DNA from: Segetibacter sp. | Lineage (GTDB): Bacteria > Bacteroidota > Bacteroidia > Chitinophagales > Chitinophagaceae | Assembly (NCBI GenBank): GCA_031425015.1 | Contig: JANPIM010000013.1 | Location: forward strand, 120,939 to 184,938 | Reading direction: 5' to 3' | Length of the DNA stretch: 64,000 nucleotides | In this document: positions 35,867 to 46,214 of the stretch, piece by piece | How positions within the stretch are numbered: position 1 is the stretch's first letter | How the letters are laid out: each line of letters opens with the position of its first letter | Notes under the pieces: model-generated | What the model was told of the DNA's origin: nothing | Database searches by the model: none | Seen by the model: the letters and a program-made list of their open reading frames with translations, nothing else | Made by a program: the position numbers and the translations under genes

Positions 35867-36748
35867 TTACCTCTGAATTAAATTTGGATAATCCGTAATT
35901 ATTCCGTCCACCCCCATACGAATGAGCGCTTTTATTTTCTTCTTTTCGTTTACAGTCCAGGGGATGATTTTGATATTATATAAATGGCATTGCTCAACCA
36001 CTTGCCTGTTAACAAGTGAATAATGAGGGCTAACCGTAGTGGGTATAAATCGTAATTCTTTTATGATGTCTTTAATCGGTTTGATCGTCTCGCCCTCTAT
36101 TAAAAAGGCCAATGCAATTGCGGGAAACTTTTTGTTCAGATACTGTAGTGGTCTCTTGTCAAACGACTGAAGCGTTGTTCTTCGTTCCACTTTTTCGTCT
36201 TTAATTACCTTCATCAATAGGTCAACAAATTCGCCTGGTTTCGGGTGAAAAAGATCATCTGTAGCGGGGTTGGTTTTAATTTCAATATTGTACTGAAGGG
36301 TCTTGTTGTGTTTGGTTGCCCTAAAAACATCGATCAGTGTTGGTTTGCTTGCGGGTACTTTTTTCTGCTCAGGAAAACGTGGATGTGATTTTTGCCCTAC
36401 ATCAAATATGCTAACCTCACTGTAGTTCATTCGGTAAATATTAAACTTCAACTCGTTTTCCTTCGACACAAATTCACCCGATTGCAAGGTTGTTATTTCG
36501 TGGCTAAAATAAGGTTCATGACTCACCAGCACTTGCTGATCAGCGGTTATCACTACATCCATCTCCAAGGTATTTACGCCTAGATCAATAGCCTTCAACA
36601 TGGCAGGTATCGTATTCTCCGGAAGTAAGCCACGGCAGCCGCGGTGGCCTTGCCAATCAATTTTTTTTGTTTTGCCGAAGGTTGTTTTCAATGCTTTACA
36701 GGATAACAATGGAAGTGTAACTACAGAAAGCAGCAGGAGTGTTTTCAT
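35867..36748 (-). CDS. Glycerophosphodiester phosphodiesterase, lipoprotein
   Basis: Lipobox LLS-C; QGHRGCRGLLPENT, LEMDV, NIEIK, LQSFD, WTVN, DGIITDYP. Confidence 0.9.
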   Translation of the reverse strand: MKTLLLLSVVTLPLLSCKALKTTFGKTKKIDWQGHRGCRGLLPENTIPAMLKAIDLGVNTLEMDVVITADQQVLVSHEPYFSHEITTLQSGEFVSKENELKFNIYRMNYSEVSIFDVGQKSHPRFPEQKKVPASKPTLIDVFRATKHNKTLQYNIEIKTNPATDDLFHPKPGEFVDLLMKVIKDEKVERRTTLQSFDKRPLQYLNKKFPAIALAFLIEGETIKPIKDIIKELRFIPTTVSPHYSLVNRQVVEQCHLYNIKIIPWTVNEKKKIKALIRMGVDGIITDYPNLIQR

Positions 36749-36752
36749 GTGG

Positions 36753-38000
36753 TTATGTTTTTTCCTCCCACACCTGCACCAAATTCACCATTACTTCTAC
36801 TGCTTTTTCCATGTCTTTTACACCGATCCATTCTTTCTTACTATGGATGCCTTGCATGCCGGTAAAAAGGTTGGGGCAAGGCAGGCCCATAAAGCTTAGC
36901 CGGCTGCCATCTGTACCACCGCGGATGCTTTGTTTGCGCACCGTTACACCGCTTCTTCGGTAAGCTTCTTCAGCATGTGAAACAACCTGCGGATGTTGGT
37001 CCAGCATCTCTTTCATGTTTCTATATTGCTCAGTTACTTTAAACTCCATCCGCGCCTTGTTATGTTGTTGCAATATTTTCTCTGCTATATTTTGCAAGCG
37101 TTCTGCGTTTGCTTTCAACCCTTCTCTTGAAAAATCTCTTACGATGAATTCAATGGTTGCTTTTTCCGCATTGCCTTCTATGCGTAGTGGGTGAACAAAG
37201 CCGTCACGGTTTTCTGTTGTTTCCGGACTGAATTCTTTGGTGGGTAATGCAGTCAGTATCTCACCTGCAATTTTTAAGGCATTTACCAGGTGGCCTTTGG
37301 CATAGCCGGGATGTGCACTCACACCATGTACAGTGATCGTAGCGCCATCAGCACTAAAGGTTTCATCTTCGAGGGTGCCTTGTTCGCCACCATCCAAGGT
37401 ATAGCCAAAATCGGCACCGAGCTTTTGCATATCCAGCTTTGCCACGCCACGTCCTACTTCTTCATCGGGGGTGAAAAGGATTTTGATGGTACCGTGTTTT
37501 ACCTCTGGATGTGACATGATGTAATTCGCCATATCCATTATTTCGGCTACGCCTGCTTTATCATCCGAGCCCAATAAAGTATTGCCACTTGCCGTGATGA
37601 TGGTATTTCCAATGTGTTCGTTCAAGTAAGCAAAATCTTTTGATGAAAGCACCTGGGTTGTATCGTCAGGCAGCACAATGTCTTCGCCCGTATAATTTTT
37701 GTGAATGATGGGTTGAACGTTGGTGCCGCTGCAATCGGGTGCGGTATCCACATGGCTGCAAAAACAAATCACCGGTACTTTCTTTTCGCTGTTGGAAGGT
37801 ATGGATGCATAAACATAGCCATACGCGTCCGTATGCGCATCGGCTATACCCATTGCCAGTAATTCTTCTGCTAAAATTTTACTTAGATCTTTTTGTTTTT
37901 CGGTAGAAGGAGTGGCCGGATTTTGGGGATTGCTTTGCGTGTCTACCTGCACGTAACGCACAAATCTTTCTGCACAGGTAAAATTGTATGGCTGTAACAT
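36753..38000 (-). CDS. pepT: Peptidase T (M20B tripeptide aminopeptidase)
   Basis: SHVDTAPD, LLGSDDKAG, FTPDEEVGRG, TLDGG, ETFSAD, IRGGTDGSRLSFMGLPCPNLFTG. Confidence 0.96.
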   Translation of the reverse strand: MLQPYNFTCAERFVRYVQVDTQSNPQNPATPSTEKQKDLSKILAEELLAMGIADAHTDAYGYVYASIPSNSEKKVPVICFCSHVDTAPDCSGTNVQPIIHKNYTGEDIVLPDDTTQVLSSKDFAYLNEHIGNTIITASGNTLLGSDDKAGVAEIMDMANYIMSHPEVKHGTIKILFTPDEEVGRGVAKLDMQKLGADFGYTLDGGEQGTLEDETFSADGATITVHGVSAHPGYAKGHLVNALKIAGEILTALPTKEFSPETTENRDGFVHPLRIEGNAEKATIEFIVRDFSREGLKANAERLQNIAEKILQQHNKARMEFKVTEQYRNMKEMLDQHPQVVSHAEEAYRRSGVTVRKQSIRGGTDGSRLSFMGLPCPNLFTGMQGIHSKKEWIGVKDMEKAVEVMVNLVQVWEEKT

Positions 38001-38060
38001 ATCGTTTAATTTGTCGGCAAATTAGTCATTAGCCTTACACTGAGCAAAACCCATCAAACC

Positions 38061-38903
38061 ATGAAATCGGCAGCAATCAAACAAGGGTGGCTTCGAGCCC
38101 TCATCTATTTTCTTTTATTTATTGCCCTTGCCCTCACCTTACAACAGCCTGTTACCAATGCCGCATCCATGATCACCAAAGACCCTCAGCAGCACTTTAT
38201 GGTTTCATACAGTTTAATGGCGACAGTGTTTATTTTATTTACCTGGTTAAGTAAGCTGTTTTTGGATCGTGAATCGTTTATGGAATTGGGGTTTAGGTGG
38301 AACGGATACCAGGCAGATGCAGGCCTTGGTTTTTTTACTGCTGTTTCACTGATGGGAATGGGAACACTGATTCTATTGACCACAAAAAAGATTACGATCA
38401 CAGGCACTGCCTTCGATCCGGCTGCACTCAGTTTGCAATTATTGCTGATGGTTGTAGTTGCCCTTAGCGAGGAAATTGTTTTTCGCGGGTATCTATTATA
38501 CAACCTGATGGCCAGTTTAAATAAATGGGTTGCCTTGTCGATTTCTGCTATTTTATTTGCACTGGTTCACGGAGCTAACCCAGGCATCTCTGCAGTTCCA
38601 TTGGCCAACATTGTACTTGCAGGATTTTTGTTGGGCATCAACTTTATGTATACACGCAATATTTGGTTTGGCGTAATGCTTCACCTTGCCTGGAACTATT
38701 TGCAAGGCCCTGTTCTGGGCTACCAGGTTAGCGGTATAGAAACGCAAAGTGTGCTCACGCAATATGTAACCGGTAGCGACTTGTGGACCGGTGGAAAATT
38801 TGGTTTTGAAGGATCGTTGATCTGCACCATTTTGTTAGCCGCTGCAATATTGATTTGGACATATCTTTTTGCACAAAAATATCCGACGGCAACGACTATT
38901 TAA
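38061..38903 (+). CDS. CPBP-family intramembrane glutamic endopeptidase
   Basis: SEEIVFRGY, LFALVH, LHLAWN motifs; multiple TM helices. Confidence 0.88.
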   Translation: MKSAAIKQGWLRALIYFLLFIALALTLQQPVTNAASMITKDPQQHFMVSYSLMATVFILFTWLSKLFLDRESFMELGFRWNGYQADAGLGFFTAVSLMGMGTLILLTTKKITITGTAFDPAALSLQLLLMVVVALSEEIVFRGYLLYNLMASLNKWVALSISAILFALVHGANPGISAVPLANIVLAGFLLGINFMYTRNIWFGVMLHLAWNYLQGPVLGYQVSGIETQSVLTQYVTGSDLWTGGKFGFEGSLICTILLAAAILIWTYLFAQKYPTATTI

Positions 38904-38971
38904 GTGTTTGTACACAAGGATTGTTTAAGTACACACTTCTACATATATTTCATCAACCAAAAACCCTAACG

Positions 38972-39529
38972 ATGAAAAGAATACTTGTCGGCGCCCTTGT
39001 TGGTGCTATTTTAATGTTTGCGTGGCAGGCTGTTGCGCACATGTTTTTTGTATACCACCACGTGAATGTTCAGCAGGCTCCAAACAGCTCGGCCATTTTA
39101 GCATTACTGTCTTCGAGCATAAAAGAAGATGGACAATATTTTTTACCTGACATGAATGTGAATGCTACCGCAGCGGAGCAAGAAGAAATAGGAAAAAACA
39201 TGGAAGGTAAGCCATGGGCATTTGTCACTTATCATACTGCATGGAAATCGGACATGGCCATGCCTATGATCCGGCAAGTTGCAACCATGTTTTTAGTATT
39301 GGCATTTTTCATTTGGGTGCTGGGTAAATCGCCGGGTAGTTATGGTACAGTACTGGCAAAATCATTGGTTACCGGCTTCATTATTTTTTTGGCAGCGTGG
39401 TATCCGCAAAATATTTGGTGGCATATGCCATGGCCTGTACTTCAAGCCGAGTTATACGATTTAATTGCCGGTTGGGGCTTGGTGGGTCTTTGGTTGGGAT
39501 GGTGGCTGAATAGGAGGAGCGTGAAGTAG
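38972..39529 (+). CDS. Hypothetical membrane protein
   Basis: Likely start MKRILVGAL at 38972; about 4 hydrophobic segments; no family recognised. Confidence 0.7.
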   Translation: MKRILVGALVGAILMFAWQAVAHMFFVYHHVNVQQAPNSSAILALLSSSIKEDGQYFLPDMNVNATAAEQEEIGKNMEGKPWAFVTYHTAWKSDMAMPMIRQVATMFLVLAFFIWVLGKSPGSYGTVLAKSLVTGFIIFLAAWYPQNIWWHMPWPVLQAELYDLIAGWGLVGLWLGWWLNRRSVK

Positions 39530-39540
39530 GTTTGATGTTG

Positions 39541-39812
39541 AAGTCAAAAGTCAAAAAGCAAAAAGCAAAAAGCAAAAATAAAATCAGAATAGAGAAAGTA
39601 ATGTTGCTTTTTCGCTTTGAAAGAAGCTACATAGTAGCACAACTGCTGAACGGAATGCGACGCAAGGATGCTTAACCTGGGCACTAAAGTTTGTACCAAA
39701 ATTTTAGCATAGATCAGGATAATAAAAAAAGTCAAAAGTCAAATTAGAGGCTGACCTCTTTTTTGACTTTTGACTTTTGACTTTTGATTTTTGCTTTTTG
39801 CTTTTTTACTTG
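39541..39812. repeat. Heptamer arrays (AAGTCAA/AAGCAAA and complements) plus one REP-like copy between convergent genes
   Basis: aagtcaaaagtcaaaaagcaaaaagcaaaa (39541-); aaagtcaaaagtcaaa-ttagaggctgacctc-ttttttgacttttgacttttgac (39725-39782); REP core GAATGCGACGCAAGGATGC at 39653-39671. Confidence 0.8.
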
Positions 39813-39814
39813 AT

Positions 39815-40270
39815 TTAAGGCATGATGATCAGCGACTTGCTGCCAACTATTTCAACTAGCTCCAGGTCGAAAACGAGGTCTTCGCCGGCAAGTGGATGGT
39901 TGGCATCCAGCATCACAGTAGTTTCCTGCACCTCGCTAATTACTACCGGAAAGTTTTGACCGGCACCATTACTCATATTCAATTGCATGCCTATTTCGGG
40001 CACCATGTCTTCAGGAAAACGATCACGCGGAAATTCCATAATCATATCGTCCTGCTTAGGACCATAAGCCTCATCTACCGGTATTGTTACAGTCTTTTTC
40101 TGACCCACTTCCATCCCAGTTACACCCGCATCAAAGCCAGGGATCACAGCGCCGCTGCCTACTTCAAATTCCAAAGGCTCTCTTCCTTCGCTGCTGTCAA
40201 ATGTAGATCCGTCAGTGAGCTTACCATGATAATGTACTTTCACCTTATCACCGTTTTTTACTTGTTGCAT
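39815..40270 (-). CDS. FKBP-type peptidyl-prolyl isomerase (SlyD/SlpA-like)
   Basis: VKVHYHGKL.DG..FDSS, PLEF..G.G.VIPGF, EAYG, DANHPLAGEDL.FDLELV. Confidence 0.93.
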   Translation of the reverse strand: MQQVKNGDKVKVHYHGKLTDGSTFDSSEGREPLEFEVGSGAVIPGFDAGVTGMEVGQKKTVTIPVDEAYGPKQDDMIMEFPRDRFPEDMVPEIGMQLNMSNGAGQNFPVVISEVQETTVMLDANHPLAGEDLVFDLELVEIVGSKSLIIMP

Positions 40271-40502
40271 GTTTACTTGTTTATTCGTTTATAAAAGCAT
40301 TCTGCTTACATCGCATGGGCAGAATACCAACATTCCATTGGTTGAAAGTCGCACAACAATCTTGCCATCGGCAGGTAGTTTCCAGGTACGATACAGTTTG
40401 GGGATGAAGCAGTACGACTTATTTAAAGGAGGTCAAAATAAAGCCTTTCTCTAACACGAACAGCATATTTTTTGGGTACTTTCATCGCTTTAATACAAAC
40501 AC

Positions 40503-41801
40503 ATGAAGCACATTTTATACATTCTGATAGCTGTAATACTTGCAGCGCCAGCGTTTGCTCAACCTCGCCAGCTGAAAGGGAAACCTGTAAAAAAAGGTGT
40601 TGGAGCTATCACATCCACCACTGTCGTTTTACCGGGGGCACATCAAACGGCTGAGTTTTTGCCTTTGCTAAAAGGAAAGCGCGTAGGCGTTTTTGCCAAT
40701 CATACTTCTACCATAGGTAAGGTTCACCTGGTAGATAGTTTGCAAAAGCTCGGCATAACCATCGCTAAAATTTTTGGTCCAGAGCACGGCTTTAGAGGAA
40801 CCGCAGACGCCGGTGAAAAGGTGGGCAATTATACGGATGAGCAAACCGGCATACAAGTAATATCGCTTTACGGAAAAAAGCGAAGACCGTCCCAGGAAGA
40901 CCTCGCTGATGTGGATGTTTTGTTGTTTGACATACAAGATGTAGGCGTTCGTTTTTACACCTACATTTCCTCGTTGCAGGATTTTATGGAGTCTGCTATC
41001 GAACATAAAAAGCCACTGGTTATTTTAGATCGGCCAAATCCAAATGGATTTTATGTGGACGGCCCGGTGCTCGATACTGCCTTTAAAAGTTATATAGGAA
41101 TGCAGGCTGTGCCCGTGGTGTATGGATTGACCATAGGCGAATATGCAAAGTACCTGTTGGGTGAGCGTTTGGTGGGTAAAAGTGTAAAGGGTAACGCAGG
41201 TGCGAACGGCAAAAATTCAAAGGATGCATCAGCAAAAATCACAGTTATCAGGAATAAAAATTACACGCACAAAAGCAAGTATGTATTACCCGTAAAACCA
41301 TCTCCTAATTTGCCCGATGAAGGCACTGTATATTGGTATCCTTCTACTTGTTTTTTTGAGGGAACTGTTTTGAGTGAAGGTCGCGGTACCGATCATCCTT
41401 TCCAAATATTCGGGCATCCATCTTTGCCAAATACACTGTATGCTTTTACACCTACCAGCAGGGATGGCGCTAAGTCGCCAAAGCTGCAGGATAAACTTTG
41501 CTACGGATGGACGCTAGTGAACGAACCCATCAATCATTCACCATCCAACAAACTTGAGTTGAAATATCTAATGGACGCATACCGCTTATTTCCTGATAAA
41601 GAGAACTTCTTTATTAAGCCGAAAAAAGAAAACCTGCGCGCCACTGATTATTTCTTCAATAAGCTGGCGGGCAATGCAGCGTTAATGCAGCAGATAAAAG
41701 ATGGTAAGTCGGAAGCAGCAATACGTGCCAGCTGGCAACCCAAGCTCGATGCCTTTAAAAAAATACGCAAGAAGTATTTACTGTACCCTGACTTTGAATA
41801 A
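40503..41801 (+). CDS. namZ: Exo-beta-N-acetylmuramidase NamZ family (DUF1343)
   Basis: FGPEHGFRG, FDIQDVGVRFYTYIS, LDRPNP, PSPNLP, FEGT.LSEGRGT..PF. Confidence 0.88.
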   Translation: MKHILYILIAVILAAPAFAQPRQLKGKPVKKGVGAITSTTVVLPGAHQTAEFLPLLKGKRVGVFANHTSTIGKVHLVDSLQKLGITIAKIFGPEHGFRGTADAGEKVGNYTDEQTGIQVISLYGKKRRPSQEDLADVDVLLFDIQDVGVRFYTYISSLQDFMESAIEHKKPLVILDRPNPNGFYVDGPVLDTAFKSYIGMQAVPVVYGLTIGEYAKYLLGERLVGKSVKGNAGANGKNSKDASAKITVIRNKNYTHKSKYVLPVKPSPNLPDEGTVYWYPSTCFFEGTVLSEGRGTDHPFQIFGHPSLPNTLYAFTPTSRDGAKSPKLQDKLCYGWTLVNEPINHSPSNKLELKYLMDAYRLFPDKENFFIKPKKENLRATDYFFNKLAGNAALMQQIKDGKSEAAIRASWQPKLDAFKKIRKKYLLYPDFE

Positions 41802-41872
41802 TTGTATTCCAAACATCTTAAGCGGTCCGCTGTAACTTATATGCTTGTTCAATATTGTTTCTTTTTTTCTTT

Positions 41873-41920
41873 GCAGGCATTTGTCTTTTATAGCGGCACC
41901 GTTGAGTCACTCACTTGTAC
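41873..41920 (-). repeat. Extended REP-like element copy (48 nt)
   Basis: Reverse complement is 40/48 identical, ungapped, to 29016-29063. Confidence 0.85.
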
Positions 41921-42039
41921 TGTAAACCTTCAGGCAACAAAAACGAAGAATAAGCTGTTATTAGAGCTCTAATCTATAAAGCCCCTACTTCCGTAATCAA
42001 TCACTATTCAATAGTTCACAACGTCAAACGCGGCAGCAA

Positions 42040-42070
42040 CTTCAAACCTCAAACCTCAAACTCGAAACTA
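42040..42070 (+). repeat. Heptamer array (CAAACCT) before fmt
   Basis: cttcaaacctcaaacctcaaactcgaaac. Confidence 0.7.
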
Positions 42071-42081
42071 TAAAACACCCC

Positions 42082-43011
42082 ATGCACCACCTCCGTATCG
42101 TCTTCATGGGCACGCCCGAGTTTGCAGTAGCATCGTTGGATGCATTGGTGCAAGCAGGCTGCAACATTGTTGGGGTGATAACAGCACCCGACAAACCTGC
42201 CGGCCGCGGAATGAAGTTAACGGAGAGTGCAGTAAAGAAATATGCAGTGGAAAATGGATTGCATGTGCTGCAACCAGAGAAGCTGAAAAATGCTGTCTTT
42301 CTGGAAGACCTAAAAGCGCTGAATGCCGACTTGCAGGTAGTGGTTGCCTTCCGCATGTTGCCCGAACTGGTTTGGAATATGCCGCCACTCGGTACTATTA
42401 ATGTGCATGGATCATTACTGCCTCAATACCGTGGTGCGGCTCCTATTAACTGGGCTGTAATGAATGGTGAAACGCAAACCGGTTTGACTACTTTTAAACT
42501 CCAGCATGCCATTGATACCGGTGACATTTTACTGCAGGACACCATAGCAATAGGAGCGGATGAAACCGCCGGCGAACTGCACGATAGAATGAAAGAAACG
42601 GGTGCTAATTTGTTGGTAAAAACCATTAAAGGTTTGGCAGATGGTTCACTAAAAGAAACACCGCAGGCAACTGCCATCATGAATGCGCTGAAGCATGCGC
42701 CGAAGATTTTTACCGACACCTGCAAGATCGATTGGAATACTACAACTGATCATATTCACAACCACATCCGTGGACTATCTCCTTTTCCCGGTGCGCTTAC
42801 GACACTGCAGGATAAAGTGCTGAAAATTTATAAAAGCAGTAAGGAAAAAGGAACGCCAACAAACCCACCCGGTACGTGGACGACCGACCATAAAACCTTT
42901 CTAAAGTTAGCCTGCACAGATGGCTATATACACCTGCTTGAACTGCAACTCGAAGGAAAGAAGCGTATGCTGATTTCGGATTTTTTGCGTGGCTTTAGGG
43001 GTGGGGTATAA
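42082..43011 (+). CDS. fmt: Methionyl-tRNA formyltransferase
   Basis: IVFMGTPEFA, TAPDKPAGRG, INVHGSLLP.YRGAAPI, DTGDIL, HAPKI. Confidence 0.97.
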   Translation: MHHLRIVFMGTPEFAVASLDALVQAGCNIVGVITAPDKPAGRGMKLTESAVKKYAVENGLHVLQPEKLKNAVFLEDLKALNADLQVVVAFRMLPELVWNMPPLGTINVHGSLLPQYRGAAPINWAVMNGETQTGLTTFKLQHAIDTGDILLQDTIAIGADETAGELHDRMKETGANLLVKTIKGLADGSLKETPQATAIMNALKHAPKIFTDTCKIDWNTTTDHIHNHIRGLSPFPGALTTLQDKVLKIYKSSKEKGTPTNPPGTWTTDHKTFLKLACTDGYIHLLELQLEGKKRMLISDFLRGFRGGV

Positions 43012-43068
43012 AGCAATTCAATGCACTTCATTTCATCTGTTTTGCCTTAGCCCGATAACGAGGTTGCA

Positions 43069-44238
43069 TTACTGGTAAAAGGTAACCTGCACCGGGAAAC
43101 GTGGATCAATTATTCCGAGGTTAGACGCTGCGGCGTTGCTCATCCGCAACAGGAGCGACCCAGAGTCTTTTGTATCGGGCATTGCACCCAGTACTTTAGC
43201 ATAAACAACCTTGTTGGTAGAGGCACTCAGCTTTACTATCGTTCCGGGTGTTACCTCATTCATCAGCACGTAATATTTTTTGTCCTGCCAGCCACTGGTA
43301 GATTTAAATGTGCCTGCTTCTCCTGCTTTATTTACCAAAGATTTTTCGGCAACATCTGTCGAGTATAAACTTCCAAACGCACCTTCTTCAGCAGATACTA
43401 TGGAAGGAACACTGGCCTCCGTCGTTATTTTTTCAGTAACAGGTTTCGCCACAGACACAGCTTCGTCTTTTTGGCTAACGACCTCTTTTTTGTTTTCTTC
43501 AGCAACCGGCGGGAGTGTTTTATTTGGAGCTACCTCTTTACTAGCGACACCCTGCGGTGTTATCTCAACAGGCTTCTCTTTTGCAGGCGTAACGTTTTCT
43601 TTTGACACTTCAGGTGCCGGTATTTTTACCTCTGTAGAACTGCTGCTTTCCGGAACAAACACTTTAGTAGTAGCTGATGATTTTTCTGCTGAATCAACTG
43701 TTTTGTCAAGCTGCTGCGTTTCTGCTTTTGTGCTTGTTGGGGCAGTAGCCTTCTGGCGTTCTACCGCTGATTTAAACGCGGCTGCTTGCTCTTTCTTTGC
43801 ACGCAGATGTCCAACCATTAATGTATTGCCTACTTCAATTTTATCTGCAGTTAGCTTATTCCATTGCCTGATGCTTTCTAACGGAGTTGAATGATTGTTG
43901 CCAATGCGAAACAGCGTCTCGTTTTTTGATACGACGTGGTAAACAGGTATCAGCACTTCGTCATTTGCAGCGGAGCCACTCACATCATAGTTCAATGTGT
44001 TTAAAGGAATCTTCAACGTTTGCCCAACGGCAAGACCCTTTTCTAGTTTTGTTTGGTTGAAGGTTGCAATCGAATTCGGTGCCTGGTTGTATAGTCTTCC
44101 AATACTAAAGAAATTTTCTTTTGCTGCTACAATATGTGTAAGGTAGAGATTAGGAGTAATGCCTTCTACCACCAGGTTTTGCTGTGCAAAAAGGGTAGTT
44201 GTATAAAAAAATACAATGGCCAGGAACAACTTTTTCAT
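43069..44238 (-). CDS. LysM domain protein (2 LysM, low-complexity linker, C-terminal DPBB/RlpA-like domain)
   Basis: HIVAAKENFFSIGRLYN and HVVSKNETLFRIG LysM motifs; signal peptide LFA-Q; C-terminal GTIVKL...KVVYAKVLG...LRMSNAAA..LG. Confidence 0.8.
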   Translation of the reverse strand: MKKLFLAIVFFYTTTLFAQQNLVVEGITPNLYLTHIVAAKENFFSIGRLYNQAPNSIATFNQTKLEKGLAVGQTLKIPLNTLNYDVSGSAANDEVLIPVYHVVSKNETLFRIGNNHSTPLESIRQWNKLTADKIEVGNTLMVGHLRAKKEQAAAFKSAVERQKATAPTSTKAETQQLDKTVDSAEKSSATTKVFVPESSSSTEVKIPAPEVSKENVTPAKEKPVEITPQGVASKEVAPNKTLPPVAEENKKEVVSQKDEAVSVAKPVTEKITTEASVPSIVSAEEGAFGSLYSTDVAEKSLVNKAGEAGTFKSTSGWQDKKYYVLMNEVTPGTIVKLSASTNKVVYAKVLGAMPDTKDSGSLLLRMSNAAASNLGIIDPRFPVQVTFYQ

Positions 44239-44278
44239 AGTTGTGTTTGGGTTTTCAGGTGATTAAAACGGGGCGAAG

Positions 44279-45640
44279 TTAAGGTATTAAAATCCTCCAG
44301 TTGGTAGGGTAATAATTGTTCACCCGTGTGGGTAAAACTTTGGCCCAGCCTAAGTTTAGCCCTTCATGCTGCATGAGCATCCAGCCTTTTTTTTCAGATG
44401 ATGCGGTGAGGTCCTGGCGCTTCAAGTACTTCAACGCATCTTCTTTGTTTAATTCAAGATATGGGACATTTTTATTCAACAAACGGGACAAAGCAAACTC
44501 ATGGTGTGGAATCAAATCGTTGCCTTTAAACATGCCGATAGCCACACCTGATTTTCTAACCCCTAAATGCTTTTGAATAATCGAGAATGTTTCAGACCAA
44601 CGATGGGGGATAGCAACGATGTTATCCTTTTGTTGAAAAAGAAAATACTCGTCCGGATTGCTCAGCCATGCATTTAAAATTTCCTGCTCCTTCTTGGTGA
44701 TGGCTTGCAATTTTGTTCCGGGGGCATAATATTCTTCCACCAGGTTTTCTTGTTTGAAACAGGCGATAAAAAAGCCTTCACCATGTACTTTATCCGGATA
44801 AAACCGATAGCCGAAGGCACCATTTCTTTCAGAAATAGTTTCGGTAATACCCCACGGCTCCTCCACTTCAATTTTTACCGACGTGAGATCAAAAGTGTCC
44901 ACGATCCAATCACAGATGTCTTCGTTTTCTTGTCGGCTATAGCTGCAGGTGCTGTAAACAAGGTGCCCATTTTGTCGCAAAGATGGAATGGCATCCGTTA
45001 GAATTCGTTGCTGCCGCATACTACACAGTTGCACATTATTTTCGCTCCATTCTTCTATTGCATTTGGATCTTTTCTAAACAATCCACTACCACTGCATGG
45101 TGCATCTACCACCAATAAATCAAAGAAAGCGGGAAGACGTGCAAAGTCTTTAGGATCGTTGTTGGTAACTATAACATGTTCGCTGCCCCATTTGCTAATG
45201 TTTTCTGCCAGCACACTTACGCGGGTTTTTATTACTTCGTTAGAAACAATAAAGCTATTGGGTAAGGCTGCCGCTAACAGTGTGCTTTTGCCACCCGGTG
45301 CGCCGCACAGGTCAAGCACATGTTTGGGCACGTCCTGCGCACACAACTGATGCACTACATGGTGCAGGAACATGCTGCTTGCCTCCTGCACGTAGTATGC
45401 CCCACCATGAAAAACCGGATCGAGGGTAAACGAAGGACGCGCCTGCAAATACCTTCCATCAGCACACCAGGGAACTGCTGTTGTATCGGGAAAATGGTTA
45501 TCTACCAAAGGCTTTTTTGGGTTTAACCGAATAGAAATAACCTGCTTATTTACTTCGTGTGCCTGCAAAAAGGCTGGTTCATCAAAGCCCGGCAGTCCTT
45601 GTAAATCGTGGAGTAATTGAGGTGGTATTTGGGTCAGCAA
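44279..45640 (-). CDS. RsmB/RsmF (NOL1/NOP2/Sun) RNA m5C methyltransferase, RsmF-like
   Basis: YYVQEASSM, VLDLCGAPGGKST, VDAPCSGSG, YSTCS, RFYP..GEGFF. Confidence 0.9.
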   Translation of the reverse strand: MLTQIPPQLLHDLQGLPGFDEPAFLQAHEVNKQVISIRLNPKKPLVDNHFPDTTAVPWCADGRYLQARPSFTLDPVFHGGAYYVQEASSMFLHHVVHQLCAQDVPKHVLDLCGAPGGKSTLLAAALPNSFIVSNEVIKTRVSVLAENISKWGSEHVIVTNNDPKDFARLPAFFDLLVVDAPCSGSGLFRKDPNAIEEWSENNVQLCSMRQQRILTDAIPSLRQNGHLVYSTCSYSRQENEDICDWIVDTFDLTSVKIEVEEPWGITETISERNGAFGYRFYPDKVHGEGFFIACFKQENLVEEYYAPGTKLQAITKKEQEILNAWLSNPDEYFLFQQKDNIVAIPHRWSETFSIIQKHLGVRKSGVAIGMFKGNDLIPHHEFALSRLLNKNVPYLELNKEDALKYLKRQDLTASSEKKGWMLMQHEGLNLGWAKVLPTRVNNYYPTNWRILIP

Positions 45641-45759
45641 AAAAGATAAATTAATGTTTCAAAAATATTCATCTTTACTAACAACAGTTGCAATCGTTTC
45701 AGCAGTCTGCTTTTGATCAAGCCGCCGCTAATGGTTCAATGTTGAAAATCAGTTTGCCC

Positions 45760-46176
45760 ATGAGTAATATTATTAAAACCGACGCCGCTGCCAAGCCGCT
45801 TGGCGCTTATCCGCATGCAAGGAAAGTGGGCAATCTTTTATTCTTGTCCGGCATTGGTTCGCGCAGCGCTAGCGATAATACCATCCCGGGCTTACAACAA
45901 GATGCAGATGGGACTATCACGGCTTACGATATAGAAGCTGAATGTCATTCAGTATTTGCCAACGTAAAAGCCGTGCTGGAAGCAAGTGGCAGCAGTTGGG
46001 AAAATATGGTTGATGTAACGGTGTTCCTTACCAACATGAAAAAAGATTTTCCTATTTACAACAGGGTGTATGGCGAGTACTTTAAACACGTAGAAGCCTG
46101 CCGTACAACCGTAGAAGTAAAAAGCCTGCCTACACCCATTGCCATCGAACTAAAAGTGATTGCAACGCTTAATTAA
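45760..46176 (+). CDS. RidA/YjgF family protein, likely 2-aminomuconate deaminase
   Basis: PLGAYPHA.KVG..LFLSG, VDVTVFL..M..DF, RTTVEV..LP.PIAIELK; first gene before kynU-kmo; likely start ATG 45760. Confidence 0.82.
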   Translation: MSNIIKTDAAAKPLGAYPHARKVGNLLFLSGIGSRSASDNTIPGLQQDADGTITAYDIEAECHSVFANVKAVLEASGSSWENMVDVTVFLTNMKKDFPIYNRVYGEYFKHVEACRTTVEVKSLPTPIAIELKVIATLN

Positions 46177-46214
46177 TTTTCTGTTTCCCAAGGGCGAAAG
46201 CCAAACAATCTTCC

